NCBI GenBank assembly: GCA_016432245.1
Contig: CP066680.1
Location: forward strand, 238,303-302,302
Origin: Deltaproteobacteria bacterium
GTDB taxonomy: Bacteria > Myxococcota > UBA727 > JABDBI01
Reading direction: 5' to 3'
Length of the DNA stretch: 64,000 nt
Made by a program: the position numbers and the translations under genes. The first letter of the stretch is position 1. Each line of letters starts with the position of its first letter. The notes beneath the pieces were generated by a model. That model worked only from the letters and a program-made list of their open reading frames with translations, searched no databases and was not told the origin of the DNA. Shown piece after piece: positions 48,415-59,088 of this stretch.

Positions 48415-48485
48415 CTGGGAAACCAGGATTCGAACCTGGATCTACGGAATCAGAGTCCATTATCTTGCCTTTAGACGATTTCCCA
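48415..48485 (-). tRNA. tRNA-Gln (anticodon CTG)
   Basis: tgggaaa/tc/gtc-taaaggcaa-gat/a/atgga-ctCTGat-tccgt/agat/ccagg-ttcgaat-cctgg/tttccca/g. Architecture parallels E. coli tRNA-Gln (U1:A72, 3-bp D stem). Confidence 0.8.
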
Positions 48486-48488
48486 TCT

Positions 48489-49217
48489 ATGAATTACTAT
48501 ATGATATACTTTAACTTAATGTTTTGGAAAAATCCTTCAAAAAAATACATTGAAAAACAAATTTTAAAACTAAAAAACATCCATGCCTCTCATGAGGCTA
48601 GAGAAAAAACAATGAAAAAACTACTTAACATTGGAACAATTGAGTCTTTTTTAGCCTTGCTTGAGAGATTTAAAATAGTTGCTGACTCTACATATTGGGA
48701 CGAAATAGAAAAATTATGGATAATAAAAGAAATCATCCTTAAAAAAGACACTGCAAAAAAAGCATTAAAATATTTTATTTCAAAAGAGAATAATATATCT
48801 CTTCCAATTGTTGCATTGGAAAAGTTATGTTCCGCTGATGAATTGTTATCTTTTTTAAAAAATGTCATAATTAGTAAAGATCCAAATTCGCATCACGATA
48901 TTAATTGTAAACAAGAGGTAATAAAAGCCCTTCACTTTTATCACAACCTTGACTTATCAATAATATCTCCTTTTCTTTATGATTACAGCGATGATATAAA
49001 GTGTCTTGTCATAGATATTATCTTTTCAGGAGGTGATATAAAATATTTATTACTAGCTATACAAATGATTGAAGATGATAATTTATCACCGCGAGTTTTA
49101 AACTTCCTTGCATTAAAAATAATAGAAAAAAATATGCAAATACCTCTTCACACAACATTAGCCAAAATGATTTCCAATTCTTATACTTTAAAATCAAATT
49201 ATCTAGTGCCCAAATAG
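48489..49217 (+). CDS. hypothetical protein, alpha-helical repeat-like (about 240 aa)
   Basis: The track ORF begins inside tRNA-Gln, so I moved the start to the first Met beyond the tRNA (alternatives at 48501 and 48519). Repeated helical segments give a HEAT/ARM-like impression only. Confidence 0.4.
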   Translation: MNYYMIYFNLMFWKNPSKKYIEKQILKLKNIHASHEAREKTMKKLLNIGTIESFLALLERFKIVADSTYWDEIEKLWIIKEIILKKDTAKKALKYFISKENNISLPIVALEKLCSADELLSFLKNVIISKDPNSHHDINCKQEVIKALHFYHNLDLSIISPFLYDYSDDIKCLVIDIIFSGGDIKYLLLAIQMIEDDNLSPRVLNFLALKIIEKNMQIPLHTTLAKMISNSYTLKSNYLVPK

Positions 49218-49284
49218 CCAGGAAAAATATTGTGATTTTTTTTATAGTCAAATCATTTTTCTAGCTAGTTTTCAACATATCTTT

Positions 49285-49620
49285 CTAAATCTTTCCAATC
49301 AATGTAAATGCAACTAAAAGACCAAATAAAACTAAAGATTCAATTAACGCCATTCCTAATATCATTGGTACAAAAATTTTTCCAGAAGCACTTGGATTCC
49401 TTGAAATACCCTCTAATGCAGTCGCTGCTGCATATCCCTGCGCCAATGTACCTCCAAGGACTGACAATCCAATTGATATAGCTGCTGAAATAGCGTACCA
49501 GTGCGAAAAATGATTTATACCGATTTTGGAATCTAACATTTCTATGTTTGATTCACCACCTGCAAATACATTAGTTAATGAAACTATAAACACCCATAAT
49601 AAAAGCTGAACAAACCTCAT
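49285..49620 (-). CDS. atpE: F0F1 ATP synthase subunit c (with N-terminal extension)
   Basis: [55 protein letters not shown]: hairpin, loop R-N-P, and carboxylate E in IES. About 35 extra N-terminal residues look like a signal peptide or TM helix. Confidence 0.85.
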   Translation of the reverse strand: MRFVQLLLWVFIVSLTNVFAGGESNIEMLDSKIGINHFSHWYAISAAISIGLSVLGGTLAQGYAAATALEGISRNPSASGKIFVPMILGMALIESLVLFGLLVAFTLIGKI

Positions 49621-49623
49621 AGG

Positions 49624-50340
49624 CTAATGACTCCCATCCTCTGTAACATGAAGTGATATATACACGCAACTTAAAATACAAAAAACAGCCGTTTGGATTA
49701 CAGATATTAATAATCCAAAAACAAAAAATGGCAATGGGAGCAAAAAAGGCATAATTTCTATAAATGCAAACAAAACTTGATGATCACCTATCATATTTCC
49801 TGCAAGCCTAACAGCCAAGGACAATGGCCTTATGCATAAACTAACTAATTCAATGGGGAATAATAATGGGCTCAAAAACCACCCCCACCATATATTTATA
49901 GGATTCATTATATGAATTGCATGTTTAAATCCTAAACTTCGAAATCCCTCTATATTAAAATAAAGAAAAATGATAAGTCCACATGCTAAAGTCGTATTGA
50001 TGTTATCTGTCCCTGAACTAACCCCGGGAATCAATCCCAAAAAATTAGATACAAAAATAAAAATAGCAAAGGAACAAATGATTGAAAGATGTCTTTTATA
50101 TGAAGTCCCAATAATTTCTTCCATAAAAGACATGCATACCTCTATAAACTGTATAATCCCATTTATAAGTATATGGCCTTCGAAGGGGACTATGCTGTCT
50201 CCCCCCTTTCTCAGCTGATACCTAACTCTCATTGTACCTATGATCAACACAATAAATACTATAATAGTACCAACAATATGGTACATATCATGTCTTACAT
50301 AAAACGGTAAAAAATCATACCAACATATTCCATGTTTCAT
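49624..50340 (-). CDS. atpB: F0F1 ATP synthase subunit a
   Basis: CIRPLSLAVRLAGNMIGDHQVL contains the essential Arg motif (LaLRLfgNm.aGh). Confidence 0.85.
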   Translation of the reverse strand: MKHGICWYDFLPFYVRHDMYHIVGTIIVFIVLIIGTMRVRYQLRKGGDSIVPFEGHILINGIIQFIEVCMSFMEEIIGTSYKRHLSIICSFAIFIFVSNFLGLIPGVSSGTDNINTTLACGLIIFLYFNIEGFRSLGFKHAIHIMNPINIWWGWFLSPLLFPIELVSLCIRPLSLAVRLAGNMIGDHQVLFAFIEIMPFLLPLPFFVFGLLISVIQTAVFCILSCVYISLHVTEDGSH

Positions 50341-50360
50341 AATTGCCTCTATTTTGCTAC

Positions 50361-50369
50361 ATTATAACA
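50361..50369 (-). promoter_or_regulatory. putative extended -10 promoter element for atpB-atpE
   Basis: The minus strand reads TGTTATAAT (a perfect TGnTATAAT) 20 nt upstream of the atpB ATG, with AGAGG between them. AT-rich background makes chance matches common. Confidence 0.3.
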
Positions 50370-50394
50370 CAGTTAGTGCGAAAGTTTTACTTTT

Positions 50395-51630
50395 TTAAAT
50401 CATTTCTAAAAGGCTTTTCTTCATATCCCAAGCTTCTTCACTATGCATATCCATATCTTTAATAATTGCGATTTTTTTTTTTATTTCATCTTCTCCTATA
50501 ATAATCACTTTTTTACTTTTAATACGATTAGCTCTCCTCATTTTAGCACGTACACTTACATCTCGATAATCGCAATCAATCCATTTTCCAGAACTTCTCA
50601 AATTGATAAGCCATTTCAATACTTGCTGTTTTCCATACTCGTCTGCATATATGATGCTCAAATCTGGCCTTTTTTCAAGAAAATTTATACTGTTTTTTTT
50701 TATCAACATCTCCAAACGATCGACTCCTACTGCAAATCCTAAAGCAGGAACATCCTCGCCTGCAATTATATTTACCAAATTATCATATCGGCCACCTCCA
50801 ACTATTGAATTCTGAGCACCTAATCCATCTGTAGATAAAAATTCAAACACAGTGCGCGTATAGTATTCTAACCCCCTAACTAAATTTCTATTAACAACAT
50901 ATGGGACACCTAATTCCATTAATCCATTTAAAATAATATCGAAATGACTTAAAGACTCCCTCCCTAAATTGTCTAACAAGCTAGGCGCTGTCAGTACTAA
51001 ACGTTTGCATTTTTCATGTTTGCAATCCAAAACTCTTAACACGCTTTTAAATAGCCGACTTTGACATTCTTTACACAAATGAACAATATTTCCCTCAAAA
51101 TACTTAAATAACAATTCAATATAAATCTTTCTTTCTTCTTTGTTCCCAAGCGTATTTATTTCTAACACAAAATCTCCAATTGGAAGTTTCTTTAAAAATT
51201 GATGCACCATTGCAAGCACTTCTATCTCTGCAATCGGCTCTTTTATACCAAAAAATTCACCTCCAATTTGCATAAATTCTCTCAATCTTCCTTTTTGCGG
51301 CCTATTATGTCGAAACATAGAGCCTCTATAAAATACTTTAATAAAATCTTGACCAGAATAAAACAGTTTATTTCTAAAAATAGCACGAACTACTCCTGCT
51401 GTACCTTCTGGCCTTAAACTAATTTTAGGCCTCAAAGAATCTAAGGTATAAAGCTCCTTTTCCATTATATCAGAAGATTCTCCTACACTACGAAAAAACA
51501 AATCCCGCTCCTCCATGATCGGCGTTTGTATTTCTAAATATCCATATGAATATAAAAATTTTAATATATGCTCACAAATCCAATTCCTTATCTCAAGATC
51601 TTGATAAAATAAATCTTTTATTCCTTGCAT
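50395..51630 (-). CDS. hisS: histidyl-tRNA synthetase
   Basis: Class II motifs: LRPEGTAGVVRA, FYRGSMFRHNRPQKGRLREFMQIG, GGGRYDNL, and GFAVGVDRL. Confidence 0.95.
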   Translation of the reverse strand: MQGIKDLFYQDLEIRNWICEHILKFLYSYGYLEIQTPIMEERDLFFRSVGESSDIMEKELYTLDSLRPKISLRPEGTAGVVRAIFRNKLFYSGQDFIKVFYRGSMFRHNRPQKGRLREFMQIGGEFFGIKEPIAEIEVLAMVHQFLKKLPIGDFVLEINTLGNKEERKIYIELLFKYFEGNIVHLCKECQSRLFKSVLRVLDCKHEKCKRLVLTAPSLLDNLGRESLSHFDIILNGLMELGVPYVVNRNLVRGLEYYTRTVFEFLSTDGLGAQNSIVGGGRYDNLVNIIAGEDVPALGFAVGVDRLEMLIKKNSINFLEKRPDLSIIYADEYGKQQVLKWLINLRSSGKWIDCDYRDVSVRAKMRRANRIKSKKVIIIGEDEIKKKIAIIKDMDMHSEEAWDMKKSLLEMI

Positions 51631-51669
51631 ACCTTTTAATAAATTCTTTTTTAATTTTTAGAAAGATAA

Positions 51670-51697
51670 TTGCCATTGTTTTTTTTTACTGTATAAA
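51670..51697 (+). promoter_or_regulatory. putative sigma70-type promoter upstream of proS
   Basis: TTGCCA (51670-51675), a 16-nt spacer, then TATAAA (51692-51697), 24 nt before the proS ATG. Confidence 0.25.
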
Positions 51698-51721
51698 ATA
51701 ATATCTGTTACAATATTTATT

Positions 51722-53188
51722 ATGAAAGAATTTGCAATTACTCCTCAAAAACAATCCAATTTTTCTCAATGGTATCTTGAAATTATTAAAGAAGCCGATT
51801 TAGCCGAACATTCTCCTGTTCGTGGATGTATGATTATAAAACCACATGGATATGGGATTTGGGAAAAGATTCAAGAAATACTCGATAAAAAGCTTAAAGA
51901 AACAGATCATGAAAATGTTTATTTTCCTTTACTAATTCCGCTCAAATTTATAGAAAAAGAATCCAATCATATTAAAGGATTTGCAAAAGAATGCGCTGTA
52001 GTAACTCATCATAAACTCAAAAACATTGATGGGAAACTCGTACCAGACTCTCCATTAGAAGAACCGTTTATCATAAGACCTACCAGCGAAACTATAATTG
52101 GAAATTTTTATTCTTCTTGTGTGAAATCCTATCGCGATCTGCCTATCAAAATAAATCAATGGTCAAATGTAATGAGATGGGAGCTCAGGCCTCGATTATT
52201 TTTGCGCACATCAGAATTCCTATGGCAAGAGGGACACACTATTCATGAAACACAATTTGAAGCAAAGGCCCATACACAAACTATGTTAGATTTATATTCA
52301 AATTTTATTGAAAATTACTTAGCCATCCCTGTCTTTAAAGGGCTAAAAACCCCTGATGAACGCTTCCCTGGCGCTTTAGAAACTTATTGTCTAGAAGCTC
52401 AGATGCAAGACGGAAAAGCTCTTCAAGCTGCCACTTCTCATTTTTTAGGGCAAAATTTTTCAAAAGCATTTAACATTTCCTTCTTAAATAGAAATGGGCA
52501 AAAAGAATTTGCCTGGACAACTTCTTGGGGAATTTCCACGAGATTAATAGGCGCTATTATAATGTCTCATAGCGATAATAACGGATTAATCTTACCTCCA
52601 CTTATTGCACCAAAACAAGTTGTTTTAATTCCTATATTAAAGCAGAAAAACCTGAATGATAAAATCATCTCCCTCTGTAAAAAAATAAAAACGATCTTGT
52701 TGGAACATTCAATCTCATCTTTTATTGATCAAAAAGATGAAAATGGTGGTGAAAAAGTATGGAAAAATATTAAAAAAGGAATTCCCGTTCGAATTGAAAT
52801 TGGCCCTATAGAGCTACAAAAACATAATGTATCTGTAAGTTGCCGCACGTGGGATCCCTTAAAAAAAATAGAACTTCCCATTGTGAGACTACCAGACAAT
52901 ATTTTATTACTGTTAAAAAATATTCAAAAAGATTTGTTTCAAAACGCATTATCACGAACAATAAAACAAACTATATCTATTTATTCCTTAAATGATTTTC
53001 ATAATTTCTTTTCAAATAATGCTGGATTTGCTATATCATTCTGGCACCCCAATGCAAATAATCATCCTTTATTTGCAAAATACAAAGTATCAATTCGATG
53101 TATACTATTATCTAGCCAACATGAAGGCATATGCCCTTTTTCTAAACAAAAAACATATAACAAAATTTTAATTGCTAAAGCTTATTAA
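51722..53188 (+). CDS. proS: prolyl-tRNA synthetase (short archaeal/eukaryote-like type, no INS editing domain)
   Basis: NFSQWYLEIIKEADLAEHSPVRGCMIIKPHGYGIWE, RPTSETII, FLRTSEFLWQEGHT, and a C-terminal Zn-type domain ending ...IAKAY. 488 aa. Confidence 0.9.
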   Translation: MKEFAITPQKQSNFSQWYLEIIKEADLAEHSPVRGCMIIKPHGYGIWEKIQEILDKKLKETDHENVYFPLLIPLKFIEKESNHIKGFAKECAVVTHHKLKNIDGKLVPDSPLEEPFIIRPTSETIIGNFYSSCVKSYRDLPIKINQWSNVMRWELRPRLFLRTSEFLWQEGHTIHETQFEAKAHTQTMLDLYSNFIENYLAIPVFKGLKTPDERFPGALETYCLEAQMQDGKALQAATSHFLGQNFSKAFNISFLNRNGQKEFAWTTSWGISTRLIGAIIMSHSDNNGLILPPLIAPKQVVLIPILKQKNLNDKIISLCKKIKTILLEHSISSFIDQKDENGGEKVWKNIKKGIPVRIEIGPIELQKHNVSVSCRTWDPLKKIELPIVRLPDNILLLLKNIQKDLFQNALSRTIKQTISIYSLNDFHNFFSNNAGFAISFWHPNANNHPLFAKYKVSIRCILLSSQHEGICPFSKQKTYNKILIAKAY

Positions 53189-53193
53189 TAAAT

Positions 53194-55716
53194 TCATGCA
53201 ACAATCTTCGATATAGAAACTATCCTTTCAAACACTTTCTTATGCAACTTTGCTATTCGAAGACACTTTGTTCTTAATTTTATTCCTAAAACATCACAAA
53301 CTCTAATACGAAAAAGACTTCCATTATCCGTTGTTAATACTGCATTTTCACAATCCTTTACTTTTAATGCATCTAAAATACAACCATTCTTTTCAGTAAT
53401 CTTAATCGTTTCCATTCCCACTCCTCCTCTTAACTGCTTTTTATAAATATTTTCGCTTACCTTTCCTCCAAATCCAAATTCTGTAACAATTAAGATAGTA
53501 CAATCTTTTTCAACAGTCTCAATACTTACAACTTCATCTTCATCTTTCAGGTGTATTCCTTTTACTCCTTTCGAATTTTTACTCATATTTTTTACTTCAG
53601 AAGAATCAAATCGAATTGCCATTCCAAATTTTGTAGACAACAAAATATCGCATTCTTCTCCAATAATCTGCGCACCTATAACTTCGTCTCCAGCTTGTAG
53701 TGTCCATACTGACATCCCTTCCACCTTAGGATTTGAATAACAAATTAAATCCATTTTCTTTATTTGACCATGCTTAGAGGAAATAAGAATAAAGGCCTCC
53801 CCACTTAGAAGAGAAAATCTTCGAACAGTTACAATTGCAGCAACTTTTTCTTCTTTTAACTTAATAAAATTAGCTATATTTACACCTACTGAATTCGCAC
53901 TAGCTATTGGTATTTCATGCACTTTAATCCAATATATACGCCCTAAATTTGTAAATATTAACAAATATGCATTTGATAAAGTTAAAAAATTTTCTTGCGT
54001 AAAATCCTCTTTGTTTGATAAATTTAATTTTTTATTATAGATTTTTCGATCTCCCACAAGATAATTAATAAAAGGCGTCCTCTTAATATAGCCAAAATAC
54101 GATACACTTATCAGCATATCCTCTTCCGGTATTTTATCCTCATAAAATCCTTTGCGTGAATCTTTACAAAGCACTGTTTTTCTTGCGGAAGAATATTTTA
54201 GCCTAATATCTAAGCATTCTTCTTTTATAACTTGCATGATACATTGGACATCTTCCAATAAACTTTTTAAAGTTAAAATTTCTTGACTTAATTTCAACGC
54301 TTCATCTTCTAAATCTCGTTTTTCTAAGTGAACTAATTTTGATAATTTCATATCTAATATAGATTCTGCCTGAAATTCATCTAAAATAATCTGCCTACCT
54401 TTTTCAAAGCAATTTTGTATGCATAGCATTTGTATTATTGGATCATTTTCACCTTCTTTAAATGTAAAGATTTCTTCACATAAGCTTAACTTTGCTTCTT
54501 TCACAGTTTTTTTTAAACGAATAATATCTATAACTCGGTCAATGAATTTTAAAGCAACAAGAAAAGCTACAATTACGCGAAATCTCCTTTCTTTTTCACT
54601 TAATTCATATTGACTTCTCTTTCTTATAATATCATATCTAAACCTTAAAAAAACCTCCAAAAACTCTCTCATGCCTATGATTTTAGGGCTTCCATCTACT
54701 AACCCTAATATATTAATTGCATAAGTGGATTGTAACGGAGTTAAGTCATATAAACGTTGTAACACGATATCTTCTATAGCTTCTCTTTTTAAGTCGATCG
54801 CTATTCTTAATCCATCTCTACTTGACTCATCACGTACTTCTAAAATTCCATCAATATTCTTTCCTTTCACAAGTTCTACTATTTTTTCAATCAATTTCGA
54901 TTTATTTACTTGGTAAGGAATTTCTTCAATAATTATCTGTTTTCTCTTAATTTCTTCATTAAACCCTATTATAGATTTGCCTCTCAATGTTACACTCCCT
55001 CTTCCTGTCTCCAGTATATCTTTATATGATAAATCTCCATAAATATACCCACCTGTAGGATAATCAGGTCCTGGTATTAATTCCTCTAAGCGACCGATGT
55101 CAACCATCGGTCCATTAAAATATTTTTCCTCTATAATCTCTAATAAAGCAGATATAACTTCGCCTAAATTGTGAGGAGGGCACTTACTAACCATTGCAAC
55201 AGCTATTCCTTCTGAACCGTTTATGATAAAATTTGGGATTTTAGCAGGTAAAATTTGAGGCTCTTCCACTGTCCCATCAAAGTTTGGAAAAAAACTTACT
55301 GTTTTTTTGTCTATATCCAATAAAAATTCTTCTGCTATTTTTGTTAAGCGACATTCCGTATATCGGTATGCTGCTGCAGGATCCCCATCTATACTTCCAA
55401 AATTTCCTTGTCCTTCAATTAAAGGTTCTCTCATGTTCCAATCCTGAGATAATCTAACTAGTGCATCATACACAGAGGAATCTCCATGTGGGTGATATTT
55501 CTTTAAAACTTCTCCAACAACACCTGCACTTTTAGAAAATTTTTTATTTGCCAATAACCCTTCTGAATACATCGCGTATAATATTCGACGATGAACTGGC
55601 TTCAACCCGTCTCTGACATCAGGTAATGCACGCCCCAATATTACACTTACAGCATAATCTTTAAATGAATTTTTTAATTCTTCCGTAATCTCTACAGTTT
55701 TTATATTTATACTCAT
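53194..55716 (-). CDS. gyrA: DNA gyrase subunit A
   Basis: [57 protein letters not shown] (active-site Tyr), and a beta-pinwheel C-terminal domain. Start set at the ATG forming an ATGA overlap with the brnQ stop. Confidence 0.95.
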   Translation of the reverse strand: MSINIKTVEITEELKNSFKDYAVSVILGRALPDVRDGLKPVHRRILYAMYSEGLLANKKFSKSAGVVGEVLKKYHPHGDSSVYDALVRLSQDWNMREPLIEGQGNFGSIDGDPAAAYRYTECRLTKIAEEFLLDIDKKTVSFFPNFDGTVEEPQILPAKIPNFIINGSEGIAVAMVSKCPPHNLGEVISALLEIIEEKYFNGPMVDIGRLEELIPGPDYPTGGYIYGDLSYKDILETGRGSVTLRGKSIIGFNEEIKRKQIIIEEIPYQVNKSKLIEKIVELVKGKNIDGILEVRDESSRDGLRIAIDLKREAIEDIVLQRLYDLTPLQSTYAINILGLVDGSPKIIGMREFLEVFLRFRYDIIRKRSQYELSEKERRFRVIVAFLVALKFIDRVIDIIRLKKTVKEAKLSLCEEIFTFKEGENDPIIQMLCIQNCFEKGRQIILDEFQAESILDMKLSKLVHLEKRDLEDEALKLSQEILTLKSLLEDVQCIMQVIKEECLDIRLKYSSARKTVLCKDSRKGFYEDKIPEEDMLISVSYFGYIKRTPFINYLVGDRKIYNKKLNLSNKEDFTQENFLTLSNAYLLIFTNLGRIYWIKVHEIPIASANSVGVNIANFIKLKEEKVAAIVTVRRFSLLSGEAFILISSKHGQIKKMDLICYSNPKVEGMSVWTLQAGDEVIGAQIIGEECDILLSTKFGMAIRFDSSEVKNMSKNSKGVKGIHLKDEDEVVSIETVEKDCTILIVTEFGFGGKVSENIYKKQLRGGVGMETIKITEKNGCILDALKVKDCENAVLTTDNGSLFRIRVCDVLGIKLRTKCLRIAKLHKKVFERIVSISKIVA

Positions 55717-56894
55717 AAAATATAACAATAAGCCCTTATTAAATATTCTTTAAAAGTATATGGGTTTATATTCCAAACTGAAAGAAAAAAAGTGACAAAT
55801 ACCGGAACCTTAATAAATTTAACTTTTAACATTTTCTCTACTAAACTTAATATAGATAATATAATTAAAACAGGATAACAAACTAATATTATAGGATAAA
55901 TAGTTTCCATAATGCTTTCAAATCCCAAATTAGACATAAGTACACTAAGTACAATTGTTACCCCTAATGCATAGACATAGGTAAATGATTTAATATTTAA
56001 CATTGTTTGAAAATAAGATGAAAATATAGCAATTAAAGCAATTGCCGTAATAAAACATGATATTGCAATTGATAAATTTACAACAAAACCCCAACGCTCT
56101 CCTAAAATATACGGTGCTAATGAATTTAAAAATTCATAACGTCCATATGCAGCATCTAACTTGGAAATATATACGGCAGCAATGTAACAAAATCCAAAAT
56201 AAAGAATAGCCAAAATTAACGAACTAAATATACATGCCTTAAGTGATATATATTGTATTACACTTTCTTTATTGGTTGATTTTTTTATACTATCAATAAT
56301 TAATCCCGCAAAAAAAAATGTTCCTAATAAATCCATTGTAGCATATCCAGCAACACAACCTTGTATAAAAATTTCTAAATCTTGAGCATCTATTGCTGGT
56401 GGAGTCGTAGAAAAGCCATAAAGACCAAATGCAACTATAGAGCCTAGCAAAATCAATTTTATTGGTCCTAGAAACTTTCCAATAATATCCATTATTACCT
56501 CATATCGATATGAGGTAATAAATATAAAAAAAGAAACAATTACACTAAATCTTAAAAGTGAAATCCCTGGTACGTATCGCTTTATTGCAAAATAAGATGT
56601 TACTATACACCTAGGAATCGCACCAAACGGACCCAATAATAACATACATGACATTGGCAAAAAAATACTAAAAAGAAAACCCGTTCTATAAAAAAAAGAT
56701 TTATAATCACCGCCAAAAAATATAGATGCCATTATGCCAATTAATGGCAATATTACTGCCGTTAAAAATAATCCTCCAAATGCACTAAAAACTTTATTAC
56801 CCACTTCTGATCCTAACGCAAGTGTAAATATGATATTGCCTGCTCCAAAAAACATTGCAAATATTGCAATGCCTACTGATAAAATTATACTCAT
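55713..56894 (-). CDS. brnQ: branched-chain amino acid transport carrier (LIVCS family)
   Basis: N-terminal [17 protein letters not shown] (LIVCS FFGAGNLIFPp.lG) and about 12 TM segments. 393 aa. Confidence 0.8.
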   Translation of the reverse strand: MSIILSVGIAIFAMFFGAGNIIFTLALGSEVGNKVFSAFGGLFLTAVILPLIGIMASIFFGGDYKSFFYRTGFLFSIFLPMSCMLLLGPFGAIPRCIVTSYFAIKRYVPGISLLRFSVIVSFFIFITSYRYEVIMDIIGKFLGPIKLILLGSIVAFGLYGFSTTPPAIDAQDLEIFIQGCVAGYATMDLLGTFFFAGLIIDSIKKSTNKESVIQYISLKACIFSSLILAILYFGFCYIAAVYISKLDAAYGRYEFLNSLAPYILGERWGFVVNLSIAISCFITAIALIAIFSSYFQTMLNIKSFTYVYALGVTIVLSVLMSNLGFESIMETIYPIILVCYPVLIILSILSLVEKMLKVKFIKVPVFVTFFLSVWNINPYTFKEYLIRAYCYIL

Positions 56895-56911
56895 ACCTAG
56901 TTAGAATAATC

Positions 56912-57352
56912 CTAAATTATTTGTACTTTACCATTCGCATTAATGATCTTTTCTTTTGCTGAGCATGATATTGCATGCACATGTATATTGTAAGATTTTA
57001 AAACATTCCCTCGTCCTAAAATCTTAACTTTTGTTTTAGGGTCTCTAATTAATCCTGCAAAGTACAATTCCATTGGCGTTATAATCTCTACTGAAGAACA
57101 ATACTTTTCTATTTGAGCTAGATTTACAATATTCAACTTTTCTGAAAATCTGTTAAAAAAACCACGCTTTGGCACACGTCTTATTAATGGGTTTTGCCCT
57201 CCCTCAAACCCCAATCTTACATTCCCACTTTTTCTAGCCTTTTGACCTTTATGCCCCCTTCCTGATGTTTTTCCTAATCCACTACCCTCTCCACGTCCTA
57301 CCCTTTTCCTTTTGCTACAAATAGAAATTAAATTATGTAATCCTATAATCAT
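56912..57352 (-). CDS. rplO: 50S ribosomal protein L15
   Basis: KRVGRGEGSGLGKTSGRGHKGQKARKSG. Start moved to Met10. Confidence 0.9.
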   Translation of the reverse strand: MIIGLHNLISICSKRKRVGRGEGSGLGKTSGRGHKGQKARKSGNVRLGFEGGQNPLIRRVPKRGFFNRFSEKLNIVNLAQIEKYCSSVEIITPMELYFAGLIRDPKTKVKILGRGNVLKSYNIHVHAISCSAKEKIINANGKVQII

Positions 57353-57353
57353 C

Positions 57354-57545
57354 TTATACTTCCTTTTTTCTTTCAACATATATTAAATGAGATACTTTTT
57401 TCAACATTCCTATGCTAGCTTGTGAATTTACAATCGTTCTTTCATCTCCAACATGCTTTAATCCTAACCCTTTCATTATCAACAACTGATTTTTATTTTT
57501 TCCTGCTAATCCTCTAATCTGTTTTATCCAAAGCAAATTACTCAT
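57354..57545 (-). CDS. rpmD: 50S ribosomal protein L30
   Basis: LWIKQIRGLAGKNKNQLLIMKGLGLKHVGDERTIVNSQASIGMLKKVSHLI fits uL30. Start moved to Met10. Confidence 0.8.
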   Translation of the reverse strand: MSNLLWIKQIRGLAGKNKNQLLIMKGLGLKHVGDERTIVNSQASIGMLKKVSHLIYVERKKEV

Positions 57546-58140
57546 AAGATACTCCTCTTCTTTTTTCGACACAATCTATAGTTCTTAATTTAAATAATCC
57601 CGCCAACGTAGCCCTTGTTACGTTATATTCATTGCGATTTCCTATACATTTACTTACAACATTCTTAACTCCAACTGAATTTAAAATCGATCTTACTGCT
57701 GTGCTTGCAACTAATCCAACTCCTTCTGCTGCCGGCTTCAAAATAACTTTACTAGCACCAAAAACACCTATTACAGAATGCGGGATTGTGTTTTCCAACA
57801 AAGCTACTGGCTTTAAATACGTTTTGGATTTCTCTATTGCTTTTCTAATCGCATCTGCCATTTCAACCGCTTTGCCAAGCCCAATTCCAACTTTTCCTTT
57901 ACCATCGCCTGCCACCGCTAACACACTAAATGAAAATCGACGTCCTCCTTTTACGACTTTAACTACTCGCCCGACATATATCACATGATCAATTAATCCA
58001 TCCTTATTTTCAAGCTGAGTTCCATGTTTTTCATATGGTTCTTTTTTTGAAAACCTATGTTTAGTTCTTTCAAGAGTATTTATACTCGTTTTTCCTGGCT
58101 TATTTCCTTTGTTTCTATTATAAAAAGATTTGTTCTGCAT
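57538..58140 (-). CDS. rpsE: 30S ribosomal protein S5
   Basis: VGRVVKVVKGGRRFSFSVLAVAGDGKGKVGIGLGKA ... GASKVILKPAAEGVGLVA. Confidence 0.9.
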   Translation of the reverse strand: MQNKSFYNRNKGNKPGKTSINTLERTKHRFSKKEPYEKHGTQLENKDGLIDHVIYVGRVVKVVKGGRRFSFSVLAVAGDGKGKVGIGLGKAVEMADAIRKAIEKSKTYLKPVALLENTIPHSVIGVFGASKVILKPAAEGVGLVASTAVRSILNSVGVKNVVSKCIGNRNEYNVTRATLAGLFKLRTIDCVEKRRGVSYE

Positions 58141-58156
58141 TTACTCTCTCCTACGT

Positions 58157-58531
58157 TTAAAATTTTAATCCTTCTTTTCTCGCACCATCAGCTAAAGCAG
58201 CCACTCGACCAGAAAAGGAAAATCCATTTCGATCAAAAATAACTTTTAAAATCCCTCTATCTCTTAACTTCCTACCTAAGATTTCGCCTATTTTCCTAGC
58301 TCTTTCGACTTTTTTCTCAATTGATTCATTTTGAATTACCACTGTGCTTGCACTTGCAAGTGTTTTTCCTTGAGTATCATCAATTGCCTGCACATATATA
58401 TGCTTTAAGCTTCTATATACACTCACGCGTGGTATCTCGCTACTGCCTAATATTTTTTTACGTATACGTACTTTTCTGCGCATACGCAAAAAAACTTTAT
58501 ATTTTCCATATTGCTTTTCATTTAATTTCAT
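58157..58531 (-). CDS. rplR: 50S ribosomal protein L18
   Basis: PRVSVYRSLKHIYVQAIDD ... FDRNGFSFSGRVAALADGARKEGLKF. Confidence 0.9.
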   Translation of the reverse strand: MKLNEKQYGKYKVFLRMRRKVRIRKKILGSSEIPRVSVYRSLKHIYVQAIDDTQGKTLASASTVVIQNESIEKKVERARKIGEILGRKLRDRGILKVIFDRNGFSFSGRVAALADGARKEGLKF

Positions 58532-58534
58532 ATA

Positions 58535-59080
58535 TTATTTTCCTGTAGATTTAGATTTTCCTTCTTTTCTTTGAATAATTTCATCCGAATATCTAATACC
58601 CTTTCCCCTGTAAGGCTCTGTAATTCGATGCGAACGAATCTCTGCTGCAACTTTCCCTAAGCTTTCTTTGTTAATACTTTCTAATCTTACAATCGTTTTA
58701 CCTATATCAACTGTTGCAGCTATATCTTTAGGTAATAAAAATGTAACAGGATGTGAAAATCCAATATTCATTATTATCTCCTGACCTTTAAGTTCTACCT
58801 TGTATCCAACTCCTGTAAAGATCAACTCTTTTACAAAGCCACAAGAAACCCCTTTAAGCATATTCGAAATAAGAGCCCTACTTAACCCATGAAATTGTCT
58901 CATCTGATAATCCATCTGATTCACGTAGAGCAAAGATCCTTTTTGATCTATTGTAACTGAAGGAATTAAATCCCTCGTTAATTTACCCTTAGGTCCTTCT
59001 ACGCAAATTTGATTTTTATCATTCACAAAAACATTTACATTTCTAGGAATCTCTATAGGTTTTTTTCCAATTCGTGACAT
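58535..59080 (-). CDS. rplF: 50S ribosomal protein L6
   Basis: MSRIGKKPIEIP ... GVGYKVELKG ... EPYRGKGIRY. Confidence 0.9.
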   Translation of the reverse strand: MSRIGKKPIEIPRNVNVFVNDKNQICVEGPKGKLTRDLIPSVTIDQKGSLLYVNQMDYQMRQFHGLSRALISNMLKGVSCGFVKELIFTGVGYKVELKGQEIIMNIGFSHPVTFLLPKDIAATVDIGKTIVRLESINKESLGKVAAEIRSHRITEPYRGKGIRYSDEIIQRKEGKSKSTGK

Positions 59081-59088
59081 ATTTTACC

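Noticed and set aside
49285-49620. Na+-binding signature in ATP synthase subunit c
   Set aside because: The Gln (LAQGYAA) and Glu-Ser (IES) ligands are present. The Thr and Tyr positions of the full Na+ motif (ESTxxY) read L and F here, so the evidence is only partial and H+ coupling is the default.
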